A stretch of DNA of 64,000 bases, taken from the NCBI RefSeq assembly GCF_001194135.2, contig NC_068986.1, positions 90,101,747-90,165,746 on the forward strand. The letters run 5' to 3'. A program made the translations under genes and the position numbers. The notes under the pieces are model-generated. The model was not told where the DNA came from. It saw nothing but the letters and a program-made list of their open reading frames with translations, and made no database searches. Source of the stretch: Octopus bimaculoides (taxonomy: Eukaryota). Position 1 is the first letter of the stretch. Each line of letters begins with the position of its first letter. This document shows positions 37,465 through 50,391 of this stretch, in pieces.

Positions 37465-38059
37465 CTAAAAGATTAAAAAAAAGAAATGAGTAATAACTGA
37501 ATGATTTTTTGTACTCTGTCCTTACTCTGGCTTGTGTTCTTTTGGAACACCCATCTCCTGTTGATTAGATCACCTAAATATGGAAGCTTCACAACCAGCA
37601 TGCTGTACCAGATCTGTACAAGGTGTGTGAAAAAGTTTGAAAAACAAAGATCACCTACAGTGAAACTATAACTCCTGGTATGTTGTATTTAATGCTATAG
37701 TATAGCAGATCACTGAAGGCATGTGGCCTTGCACTTAAAGATATTTGACTTACAATTATAATGTCATGGGTTCAATTCCTAGAGCAGGCTGTTTTGTTCT
37801 TAAGTCACTTCATTTTACATTGCTCAGTCTACTCAGCCCAAAACGAAAACCAGTCAAGTGCTGGTTGCAGCACTCTCTCATGAAGCTGTTACATCCTGGA
37901 TGTGTCATTAGGTGGAAAAGAGTGGAAAAGTCAAGAGGCTGTTTTGTCTGCACATGACTTCATAGGTACTTAAAACATTTAGCAAAAGTATGGTACATGT
38001 TACGAAGCCACGCTCGTTCATAGGCGACGGCTGAGTCTCTATAATGCACCAGTAATTTA

Positions 38060-38443
38060 TTGTTGGCACTCCGTCGGTTACGACGTCGAGGGTTCCAGTT
38101 GATCCGATCAACGGAACAGCCTGCTCGTGAAATTAACGTGCAAGTGGCTGAGCACTCCACAGACACGTGTGCCCTTAACGTAGTTCTCGGGGATATTCAG
38201 CGTGACACAGTGTGACAAGGCTGGCCTTTTGAATTACAGGCACAACAGAAACAGGAAGTAAGAGTGAGAGAAAGTTGTGGTGAAAGAGTACAGCAGGGTT
38301 CGCCACCATCCCCTGTCGGAGCCTCGTGGAGCTTTAGGTGTTATCGCTCAATAAACACTCACAACGCCCAGTCTGGGAATCGAAACCGCGATCCTATGAC
38401 CGCGAGTCTGCTGCCCTAACCTCTAGGCCATTGCGCCTCCACT
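38060..38443 (-). mobile_element. tRNA-derived SINE (family A), full length, young
   Basis: 11-bp TSD ccagtaattta (38049-38059 and 38444-38454); CpGs intact. Confidence 0.92.
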
Positions 38444-40897
38444 CCAGTAATTTAGTATATACATTTAATGCATCATGTGTATATTCGTTTACTTGTTTCG
38501 CTCATTAGATCGCTACATTGTTGGGGCGCTACTTTCAATATTTCCTACTTACTTAATTGGACCCCAGTACTTATTTCAATTGGGTACATATAGTGATTTC
38601 AAATTTTGGCACGTGGCCAGCAAGTTCGGGGTTTTGGTAAGTTGATTAAATCGACCCCAGTGTGCTAATAGTACTTATTTTATCGAAATTTGGACTTAAA
38701 AAACGTTAAGATGGATGAAATGCTGCTTAGCATTTTGCCAAGCGTGTTAATGATTCTTATTTCTTTATTGCCCGCAAGGGACAATTGGGTTAAGTCAATC
38801 ACATCAACCTCAGTGCGTAACTGGTACTTAATTTATCGACCCCGAAAGGATGAGAGGCAAAGTTGACCTCGGCGGAATTTGAACTCAGAACGTAACGGCA
38901 GACGAAATACTGGCGCGCTAACGATTCTGCCAGCTCGCCGCTTTATTTGAGTTCTTATATTATTCAGGACTACTTGTTGAATCGCCAAGTTATGGGACAT
39001 AAATGAATACATGAACACAAAAATATGCACACATTAATATTTATGTACGAGACAGCATGTTGGAAAACCCAAGATAGATTATTAGTAAAACTTTATTTTA
39101 TTTAAGTGTTTATTTTATTTAAGTGTTTATTTTATTTAAGTGTTTCACAATGGAATATTGAGCAGATGTGAATACATCGTTAACTGTTATGTACAAAGAA
39201 AAGTGAAAGGAGAAAATATGGGTTAGAAAACACTGAACAAAATTAATATCCATTTGATTAAAATAATAAAAATTATAATACCCCCCCCCCTCCAAAAAAA
39301 CTTGAGGTGGTCGTGGTAAAATGCTCTTGTTTTAGAGGAACTAATACTGGTGTATCTTAAACTAATGTATCTATATATCCTATCAATATGTTTGTTCTCT
39401 CTTGTCCAATGTATCTTGCTTTTAAAGTTATCTATCAAAACCAGTGTATCTCTTCTATCTTGTCCAATATATCTGTACATTTACGTTTGTTAGTATACAT
39501 GTTAGAATCTTCACACAGCTTGTGTATGTATGTGTGTGTGTGTGTGTGTTTTATCTTGATTATCAATTCACAGATTTTTTTCCCCATACTTATAGGTTTT
39601 GTCACCAGCTGCAATTTATTTTATGTCAGTGTCTATGTATCTGTCTATTTATCTATTTGTTTGTCTACTGTTTGTTCTCTTACTTTCACTACTACATTTC
39701 CATTATTTCCTCTCATTTTCCCCCTTATATTTTTGTTTTTCATCTGTTAAATCTGCTAATGATGAAAAAGGTCATTCTAAATATACAATTTTGAATGAAA
39801 CATTTACTTATATTGACACGGGATTCTCTGATAAGCATCGTTCCGTATGTAAATCCCCTCCCCCACTGTAATTTTCCTCCCAGTGTGTATATATATATAT
39901 TTTTGCTGTGAGTGCAAATTTTGTCTTTCTTTGCGAAGTATGTGCAAATCCATTATAAGTAATCGGATCCAAGTGAGCATTGCTCAAATTTCTTAAATTA
40001 AAACGTATCCGATTTCATGTGTGCACATTTACATTTTGCGTACTAGTTGTAAAACAAATGTGGGATCTTTCTGATTTGACGGGCAACACTTTTCATTTAT
40101 GTTTTATGCAGTGTTTTTGGTACCGAAACACTTTCAAACTTCGTATACTTGTATATTTTGTGTTATAGAAGAGATAAAAATTTTTGGATAGAACTTGTAG
40201 AAGAGGGAGACCCAAGGAAACATGGGATGAAGTATTGAAGGCTAATCTCAAGACACTGAGCTTTACGAAGGAGATGACTTCGGATTGAGATATCCGGTAC
40301 ATTGCTGTACCTAAGAGGACCCATCTGCCTCAGCATTATTGATACTGGTGTCACATTTAAAGCACCCAGTACAGTATGGAGTGGTTGGTGTTAAGAAGGG
40401 CGTCCAGGAACAATGGAGCCTGGTGCAGCCCTTGGCCTTACCAGCTCTGGACGAACCGCCCTACTCGTACCAGCTTGGAAAACGGACGTTAGATGATGAT
40501 GAATATAATGCAGTTAATTTCTTATTCACTTCTCTGAGTCAATGGGAGGATTTCATCTTAACTCCTTTATATGTCTCTATTTTCACATACTAATTCAAAA
40601 GACATAATACTGTTAAGTTTTCTCATTCACCTCTGTTGGCTCATGACAAGAGTTCAGCTTAATAGCGCCATTATCTGCTGGGTACATTATCTTTACTGGT
40701 TATATTGATGATTTTTAAGTTGTCTGAGCAAGTGAGAAAAAGTGTAATGTTTTTATTAGTCACAGTAGCTGGAAGACTATTTTACTTGTGTCTAGGTCAC
40801 TTTTTAGCTGTAGACAAAAAATAAAAATAAAATTAAAAAAATTCCAAGATGGAATTGTGAAGTTTAAGAGTAGATTCTGTAAAATGTCTATTCTTAC

Positions 40898-40914
40898 GTT
40901 TCCGCCTCCTTCCT
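40898..40914 (-). CDS. Candidate nested antisense gene, 17-nt microexon B (EEGGGN)
   Basis: Long polypyrimidine tract ttttcccccgttttttcttttcccctt, then TGC, aaatAG|AGGAAGGAGGCGGAAAC|GTAAGA. Phase 1 in and phase 0 out. Confidence 0.45.
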
Positions 40915-41644
40915 CTATTTGCAAAGGGGAAAAGAAAAAACGGGGGAAAATATAACTGAAGAAAAAAGCCTTGTTTAGTTTGTCCAAAGAATAACTACTT
41001 CACTTGTTTCTTATATTAAAAAAAAAAAAAAAACAAATAAAAAACTCTTTTCGCTCCCTATGGCTTTTAGTAGTTAACTGAATTAGATCTACTAACTACA
41101 TTTTCACATAAATATTGTGTCATTTGATCTCATGTTTCTTTACGTCTGTTGAAAACTTTTGAAATGTTTATGGTATAGTTGTTTTTTCTTTTCCTTTTAC
41201 AGTCGTTTTTCTCCTTTTTTTACATTCTCAAAAATTTTGACATGAAATACAAAATGAAATAAAGATGACTATAGTAAAAAAAAAAAAAAAAAATTATAAC
41301 ATCGAAGTTAGAGGTTTATTTTTTCCCCCTTCTTTTTCTTACTACTGATTACAAAACCTCTGAGCGGTTATTGAAAATATGCAAGCCGAAACATGTAGAC
41401 ATCAGCTATTTCAAACCTCCTACTGGGTTAAATACTACTTCCAGTTATTCATTTGAATCTCCAAATACTGTAAAGCAACATTTTCCCCTCCCTTCTTTAT
41501 CTTTTTTCCTTCTTTTGGAATTTAAAAAAAATGTTTTCTTTTAAAACATGTTTTGCATTTAAATGAGTAAAGATTCTGTATTAGACACTCAACATCCATT
41601 TTTTTGTACTTTGTTAGGTGTCAGTCGGTATTGGCTTTGATTAC

Positions 41645-41657
41645 CTTCAGGTGCCAT
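41645..41657 (-). CDS. Candidate nested antisense gene, exon A (start codon, MAPE)
   Basis: aaatcATGG context with an in-frame upstream TAA. ATG GCA CCT GAA G|GTAATC donor, phase 1. Confidence 0.4.
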
Positions 41658-43389
41658 GATTTTTTTTTTTTTTACTTACAAACATATTGCATTTGGCGAG
41701 CCATATTTTACCTTTAGATCTTTTATTGGAACTAATATGGTTTTTAACATTCTACACTATCCCCGTTTTATCTTGTATTCTCTGGAGTGGTTTAAATAGT
41801 TTTGACAGGTTAGATAAAGACATTTGCATGTTTTAATTTTACTGTAAAAGATGCCAAAAAAAAAAAAAAATCTATAACTGTCATTAAGTATGTGCAGTAG
41901 TAGTAGTAAATTCCTGGTCAACCTTGGTTGAGTAGGCCTATGACAATGGTCTTTCCAGCAATGACCACCCCATTTTTTATGGCTGTGTGGTTAAGATTGC
42001 TTCACAACCACATAATCTTGGGGTCAGTCCGCTAGTGTTTTCTACTATAACCTGAGTCTAGTGTTTTCTAGTACAGTATAGTACTAGAAAACTGTACTAG
42101 TACACCTGTACTAGTGTTTTCTACTATAACCTGAGTCAACCAAAGCTTTACAAATGGATTTGGGAGATGGAAACTGAAAGAAGCCCATTGTGTGTGTGTG
42201 TATGTAGTAGCTGTTTGACTCAGTCCCATATGACTTAAAGTTACATATGTTAGAGCTACTTTTGTGTGTGTGTGTGTGTGAAAATGGTCACATTTGGAAA
42301 AAGGTATCATTCATTTCCAATCTGTGAAAACATGTCCAGTCATGAAGAAATATTAGCTTGCTTGGAAACCAGTGAGGATTGGTGACAGGAAGAGTATAGA
42401 AAATCTACCTGTAAAAAATCTGCTTCAGCAAATTCTGACCTATGCCAGCATGAAAAAGTGAACATTAAAATAATGAAGATGAGGATGATGGCCACAATGT
42501 ATCCTTCATTTCATAACACAATGTGGTGTGATTTGAAGGATATTTGACTGCTATGCCTAGTGTAATAATTCTGGTCAGATTTACTTGAAGCTACACCATG
42601 TCACCAACACAGCCTAGTGTTGAGAGGATTATAGAATATTGTTTACAATTGTGAATAATGGTCATATTCGGAAAAGTATTTTCCATGCAGATGGCATCCC
42701 CAAGTAATTAACCTGTGATTTCTTTTTAAGAATATGTTAAATTTTCATGTCAGTTTGTGTACAATATTATACATCCATTTAGTGATACTTTCATCACTAC
42801 TGTGATACTTATTTGAAATTATTAAAATGATATTAGTAATTGAGCTAATGTTGTATTTTCTTCACTTCATAATTATTCTTAAATGTTTTCTTCTTTTGTG
42901 TGTTCTCTGCATTAAATATGTAAATACTGGCTTGACTGGAGCAAATGAAATTTTGTGCCTCATCAAAGGGATAGGAAATATAGTGGTACACTGATATTTC
43001 TGGTGACTTGATTGAAGAAAGTCGAGTTGAATGACTTGTCTAAGGGGTGTATAACATAATGAGGATTTTTCAGATAGGGTATTAGCCCTTAGAGTAGAAA
43101 TGACACTGGATTGAAAAGTACAACAGTGTATCATCATATAGAAGAAACACAGTGTTTAAATCAAAGTTGAGATGGTCTTGACTAGAATGTTTCTCTGCAT
43201 TGGACTGTTCAATCATAGCTGACCCAGAATTAAACAACAGCAGCAAAGGCAACTATTAGCATTATTGCTTATCAATTATTTTTCTTTTTCCCATGATGTG
43301 CTGCCAAGAAACATACCTCAGTATCTTAACCATACATTTCTAATGAAACATTCACATGCATGCACCTTCAGTTATTAACTGTTTGGTTA

Positions 43390-43790
43390 TTATTATCTAC
43401 CTGACCATCGTGTCTTGTTCCCAGTTATCATCTGATAAGATTGGAATGTCTGTTCTTGTATTTGTTTTGGAAGTGGTGCATTCCACAGAGTAGATGGTCC
43501 AGTTGCCAACACCTTCTGTGCAACAGGTTTGGTATGTTGTGGCAGATGATGTATAAACATGTGCTGATTGGAATGTGCATTTAGAAATTCCTGGATAGTG
43601 TGTAGGTGTGGTTACTGTTTGTCAGACTTGTTTTCTTACAGCTTGTCTCTTATGGAGTTTGCAATCTTGAGTGATGCAAGAGTGAAGACTGTTTCTGGTG
43701 TATGGAATGTCGTTAGTTGTTCACTGCCTTCTTCTACTCAGACAATGCAGTTGGTAGAGTATCCATGTTAGCATTCTAAGAAAGACTAGT
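43390..43790 (-). mobile_element. Decayed CR1/L2-like LINE 3' fragment
   Basis: YQLHCLSRRRQ and GPSTLWNAPLPKQI-type C-terminal RT motifs. Confidence 0.5.
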
Positions 43791-44808
43791 GGTGGACAAG
43801 TGTGGAGTTTGTGGGGAAAATCTAGATGTTGATAAGAATCAACTGGCTACACTATTTCAGAGAACTTTTAATCCAAGTACTCTTTTACTTGTTTCAGTCA
43901 TTTGACTGTGGCCATGCTGGAGCACCACCTCTAGTCGAGCAAATCGACCCTAGAGCTTATACTTTGTAGGCCTAGTACTTATTCTATCAGTCTCTTTTGC
44001 CGAACCGCTAGGTTACGGGGATGTAAACATGCCAACATCGGTTGTCAAGCGATGTTGGGGGACAGACACAAATATACACACACACATATATATATAGGTA
44101 CATCTTTTTTACTCCTGCAAATTTTAAGCCTTGTGCCTTTTAGTAGAAAGGATTATTGTTATTATTATTATTGAAAATGGCAAGTTGGCAGAAATGTTAC
44201 CATGCTTAGTGCCATTTCTTCTGGCTTTACATTCTGAGTTCAAATGTCTTCAAGGTTGACTTTGCCTTTCATTCTTTTAGGGTTGATAAAATCGACCAAT
44301 CGGGTGAATGATATCTATTTACTTCTTCCCCTAAAATTGCTGGCCTTGTGGCAAAAATTTGGTTTGGTTGTTGAACTCATAATTGCTAGATAAATTCCTG
44401 GACTGAGTGGTACATTGCGTTCTTGAGCAAAGCACTTCAGCTCTGTGATCATTTTGGCATGTGACATGTGGCACACTTGTGCACCTGTACAGGTAATACT
44501 GATTTGATGGAGTTAGTGAGCTAATGTCCAACACATACATTTTGATCACTATAAACAAATCATTTGTGCAGGTCGTTCAAGAAACACTGAGTGCTCACAC
44601 ATCGTCTTTGGTGTGAGTGTCTATCATTATTATTATTAATTAGTGGCACTTCATATGTCTTTACATTTTGAGTTCAGATTTCACCAAGGTCAACTTTGCT
44701 TTTTCACCCTTTTGGAGTCACTAAAATGAGTATCGGTTCAGCACTGAGGTTGATGTAATAGACTCCTTCCCTTTCCTCAATTTGCTGGCCTTGTGCCAAA
44801 ATTTGAAA

Positions 44809-45166
44809 TTATTGCCTCCGCCTTAGTGAAGGTGGAGGTATTGTTTTTCAGTCGCATTTGTTTGTTTGTTTGTCTGTGGACAAGATATCTCAAGAATTGC
44901 TGGATGGATTTGGATGAAACTTCCAGGGATGTTCGGCCTCATGACTGGCACAAACTGATTAAAATACCAGGCAAGGATTCTGGATTATTTTTCCTGTGTT
45001 TTTACTTAACCTTTGAGAGCAGTTGGATTCATTTTTAGCAGTCTTGTTTGTGAGAGCAGTCAAATTTATTTCAGATATTCTCATTTTAAAATTCATCTCC
45101 GGCTAATTGTTGAGAGGACGTTGGTGTTGCCTTGGTGGAGTTTTGCGCTCTCTGAGTACTCTTGTT
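44809..45166 (+). mobile_element. Helentron-like HINE copy
   Basis: Same termini and body as 35721-36095. Confidence 0.82.
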
Positions 45167-47849
45167 GTTATTAGTTTAATAATGAATGGTCAACTCACTA
45201 GATCACCATTTAAAATGCTTTACAGATGAGATGACTCAAAATTGAGATGAGTGTTGATTTTCAGTATTGCTGTATCCAACCTGTGCTACATAATAAAAAA
45301 AAAAATTCAAAAAACAAAGAACCCATTAAGCTGATGTTGTTGATAATGATAATAATTATTATGTTCACATAGCCACATACTTATAAACACACACACACAC
45401 ACACACACACACTTTGCACATGCAGTTTCTATACAACAGTTAAACATAATTTCATTACAAATCCACAAGGTGTGTAACAACATGAAAATTTATAGCATTT
45501 AACTTATGACTGACACTCTATCGTTAAAGATGATCTGTCTGACAAATATTAAATTATAATGTAGTAAAAAAAAAAAAAAACCCCCCAACTAGCTGCAACA
45601 TATTTTGGGTTTAAATATGCTGCATAATAATTGATGTACAAAACATCAATTTTAGGAGTCACCGCACCAATAGCAACATTTTCTGACAAGCAGTAAAAAA
45701 AAATGATATAGAATGGAAAAAAAAAAAAAAATTGCTCTGGGAAAATTAGGTTGTTTTGATACTGTTGTGAGAAGCTCTAGTTTTGTGAAAAGGTATCAAC
45801 AGATGGTGATCGTGAGAATATAATATAAACTAGCTAGCTGTTGTGATAGAGGTAGAAAGACATAGGGAAAATGTGTCTGTCTAACATCAAAATATAGGTC
45901 ATTTATTGAATTATAGTCTAAATTCCTTGAATTAAATCTGTATCTTTATTGTAATGAAGCTAATGTAAGTACATCTAAATATGTAACTGAAATGTTGCCA
46001 GCCTTTCTTTTCACCATGTATCACACTTCCCTAGTCAATCCATACCTCTCACTCTATCTTATATCTGACTATTTCTCTGAGGTAAAGAAAGAGGATTAAC
46101 TTGTGCCTCCCACTGTCTCTTATATCCACCCCCACCACTCTGAAGAACGAAACAGAAAGTGTAAGAAAGAAGGAGAGTCTTTTTTTTTCTGTCATGAGAA
46201 TATCATTTGGTCTGCTTGCTATATTGCTGTCTAGGAACATTTTTCCCATCTAGTGAAAGTGTATGGCCTACTGGTTAGGGTGTTGCCCTCTTGATCATAA
46301 GATTGTGGTTTGTTTTGATTTTCAGGCCAGGTGGTGCATTTTGTTCTTGAGCAAAACACTCCATTTCACATTGCTCCAGTTCACTCAACTATAAATGAAT
46401 TCCATCAATAACTGGGAAGTTAACCCTATGATGGACCAGCATCCCATTCAGTGGGGAGGCTTGTAATCTCAGTCACTTACACCATGGAAACCCGCTTAAG
46501 CCCTTACCTTATGAGTCCTAAGGCTGGTGACTGACCCTTGTCTAAGGTGACTGACCCTTATCTAAGGTGACATCAGTGTATATCAGCTGGTGTTGTTCAA
46601 TAGGGGAACTTCTACATAGTTACTTGACAGGCTGAAAATAGCAACCAAATCTCCCTCAAATCTCATGCTAAAATATATTGTATAAAATAGTTCCTGATGG
46701 ACAAAAAGGTGATATGTTTATGACTTGAACAACTTTCACCTATTGGATCAGGATTGATCTGGGATCAGTCGGCAACAATCAAGATAACAAAGAAAAACCA
46801 GTGCATTTCCTCAACCAGCTAGAAATAGTTGTCACATTTCTTTCAGATCATATCCTAATGTCTTAAATAATACATTTTCCAAGCTACACCTGTATGTATG
46901 AAAAGAACGAGAATAATAATTATTTGTCTTTCATACCTTTGAGGTTGATAAAATAAAGTATCAGCCTATTTTGAAAAAGAATGAAAAAATTCCCACAACT
47001 GCCTTGTAACGTACATGGTGATCTCATTAGTGCTGATGGCATGCAGAAAGCATCTAGTACACCTTGTAAGGTGGTTGGTGTTAGAAAGGGTAATTTAGCT
47101 GGAGAAAACATACCAAAACTGCCACTGGAGCTCATTGCAGCCCTCCTGTTTGCTGGATCCTATCAAACCATCACACCTATGCCAGCATAAAAAATGGATG
47201 TTAAATGACAATATGCGTGCACACACACACATTTCTGTTCACCATATCTACTCTTAGGGATTTGGTTGGCCCTAGGCTATAAAGGAGACTCTTGTCTAAG
47301 GTGCCACACAATATGATTGAACCAAAAACAATGTACCAAAAACAATGTACCTGCTGTTGATAGGTATGGTAACATAAGGGCCTTATACTTTTCTCATAAG
47401 TTGTAGGAATGGAATCATATCAAAATAGAAAGTAGTTGGAATAAATTATTGAACTAGATAAGTGGTGGAATAAATTATTGAACCAGATAAGTGGTATCAA
47501 CAAACTTTATTATAAATTTGTTTTTTGACTGGGATTTTTTTTTATTAGATTTAATGATATGGAGACATCAGGACTAGACAACTACTTTCAAAAAAGGCAA
47601 AACTGAAATCCCTCTTTTGTTTAACCAGTATATTTCTTCTTTTTTTAAAAATTTTTTAAAAAACTTTTTGAGTATGGAGGAAAGGGCATTACTCATGATA
47701 TTTGCAGGCCCTTGGAAATCAGTGAGCTTGATGTCATTAGTGTTATATTTGAATTATTGCAGATCAACAATTGCAAGAAACATGTGTGCAAAGGAAAAGA
47801 TTCCAGAAAACTAATATTCTAAGGAGAAATGACTAGGAATAATGGTTTG

Positions 47850-48130
47850 TACAAGGCCAATGGGGCTGGATGCACTGGAGTTGAGGAGAGGTAGAAAGAT
47901 AGTGGATTAGGAATGCTAAATGTTTAGAAGTACAAGACCAGCCAGCTTTGATGAACAGAGACCATTGTAGTAGCAACAGAAAAGACAGAGAGGAGACAGT
48001 AAACCTAATGGCCAGGGACTGTTAGTGATTGAAATTTAGTTAAGTGGCTCTTGTCTGGATGTAGTTCAGGATGTTTGTGTATATAGCAACAACACTATTC
48101 CAAATGTGGGAGCAGTACACTAGGAGGACC

Positions 48131-48132
<2 letters not shown>
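47850..48132 (-). mobile_element. Decayed CR1/Jockey-like LINE fragment next to a 39-nt poly(T) run (48134-48172)
   Basis: VYCSHIWNS...LNYIQTRAT motif. Confidence 0.5.
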
Positions 48133-48172
<40 letters not shown>

Positions 48173-48789
48173 CAAGATGTGGTTGATAGATTATAATCAG
48201 TTGATATTGAAAGATGTGCATAAGACAAAACAAGATTTACCTGTTTGGAGTATATTGACTTAAATAAATTAATCACACCTCAGTTTCTTTACTGATAAGT
48301 CATAGTAAACAACAAATTTTTATCTTTTGAAAAGAAGTAATTTGCTAAGCTGGTTGATAAATCATGATTGATAACTTTCGTTAATAAATGGTTACATTTA
48401 TTACTTGGGCTTCTTGAGACCAATAAAAGAAATAATTAAGGTAATGAATTGGCAAGTTCTTTAATTCTGAGTTCAAATCCCGTCAGAATCGTCTTTGTCT
48501 TTCATTCTTCCAGGATCAATTAAATAATGTACTGGTCAAGCCCTAGGGTTGATGGTATAGTCTAACCACTTAAAATTGTTGGTTTGAGCTGGTGGAATTG
48601 TTAGATTGTTTGAAAAAGCTTTACAGTCTTCATGCTCACTACATTGTTAGTTCAAGTCCTGCTGAGGTTGACTTTGTCTTTCATCCCTCTAAGGTCTATA
48701 AAATAAAGTACCAGTCAAATACTGGGATTGATAGAATCGACTAACTTCTCCCCTCAAAATTGCTGGCCTTATGCTTAAATTAGAAGCAG

Positions 48790-49144
48790 TTATTACCTCC
48801 ATCTTCGCTTAAGGCAGAGGCATTGTTTTCAGTCGTGTTTGTTTGTTTGTCTGTGGACAAGATATCTCAAGAACCACTGGATGGATTTAGATGAAACTTT
48901 CAGGGATGTTTCGCCTTGTGACTGGCATAAACTGATTAAATTTTGCGATTGATCTGATACCAGACAAGGGTTCTAGATATTTTTCCAATTTTTTTTACTT
49001 AATTTTTGAGAGTGGTTGGGTTCATTATTAGTATTCTTGTTTGTGAGAGCAGTTGAGTTCATTTCAGATATTTTCATTTTAAAAATCATCTCTGGTTAAT
49101 TGTCGAGAGGACGTTGGTGTTGCCTTGGCGGAGGTTTGCGCTCT
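48790..49144 (+). mobile_element. Helentron-like HINE copy (3' tip truncated)
   Basis: ttattacctcc...gccttggcggaggtttgcgctct. Confidence 0.82.
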
Positions 49145-50161
49145 TATTATTATTATTATTATTGGCAGAAGCATCACTATGTTGGACAAAATGCTTAGTA
49201 GTATTTCTTCTGGTTCTTTACATACTGAGTTCAAACACCACAGAAGTCAACTTTAATTACTGGGATCAGTAGTATTGACTAATCCCTCCCACCAAAATTG
49301 TAGACCTTATGCCATAATTTGAAACATTTATTATTATTGAGCTGGCAGAATTTTTAGCAGCATTTTGTCCATCTGTACATTCTGGGTTCAAATTCCACTG
49401 AGGTCAGTTTTGTTTTTTATCCTTTCAGGGTTGATAAAATAAGTACTAGCCAAAATGTGAAACTGTTATTATTATATCCAATCCCCACCTCACTTCCACC
49501 TCATCAGCCCTTGTGTCTACCCCGTTCCCGTTCCCGTACTCTCATTCTCACTCCCACTCCTTAATTATGTTTCACTTTCACCTTTTCTTTTCTCATGTTT
49601 TATTTAACTCCCTCTCTCTTATAGTCACCACTCAGTCTCTCTCTCTCTCTTTCTCTCTCTCTTCTCTTTTCCACACTTCAAATACTTTCTCTCTCTCCCT
49701 CACATAATCCAACTTTCTCTCCTCAATCTCTCTTTTGTCCCCTTTCTCCCCTTCTCTCGTCGACCCCCCCCCATCACCCTCTCTCCTGTTTCTCTCTCCC
49801 CTCTCTTTGCCTCCTTCCCTCTCACTTTATTTAACTTCTTCCTACCCTCACATAGTCTTTCCTCTTCATCCTCCCACACTCTCTTCTTCACGTACTCTCT
49901 CTTTCTCTCTCTATATGCATATAATATATATATTTATATTTTATTCTTTTACTTGTTTCAGTCATTTGACTGTGGCCATGCTGGAGTACCACCTTTAGTC
50001 GAACAAATTGACCCCAGGCCTTATTCTTTGTAAGCCTTGTACTTATTCTATCAGTCTCTTTTACTGAGCTGCTAAGTTACAAGGACATAAACACACCAGC
50101 ATTGGTTGTCAAGCGATGTTGGGGGGGGACAAACCCAGACACACAAACATATACACACACA

Positions 50162-50193
<32 letters not shown>

Positions 50194-50391
50194 AGATGAG
50201 CTTCTTTCAGTTTCTGTCTACCAAATCTACTCACAAGGCATTGCTGGCCCGAGGTTATAGTAGAAGATGCTTACCCAAGGTGCCATGCAGTGGGACTGAA
50301 CCTGGAATCACGTTGTTGGTAAGCAAGCTACTTACCACACAACCTGCATATATACACACTTCTATATACATATATATGCACACACACACAT

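Noticed and set aside
41355-41405. CTGAGCG...GCC-GAAA-CATGT-A hammerhead-like string
   Set aside because: The core deviates from CUGANGA and stem I cannot pair; probably chance.
41618-41650. In-frame 33-nt plus-strand cassette (VSVGIGFDYLQ) that could splice into GALNT2
   Set aside because: The acceptor is good but the donor CAG|GTGCCA is weak, and the segment is equally explained as the antisense of candidate exon A and its donor.
39092-47500. Small local tandem duplications (17 bp x3 at 39092, about 20 bp at 46528, 15 bp at 47321, 29 bp at 47438)
   Set aside because: Ordinary slippage products with no wider structure.
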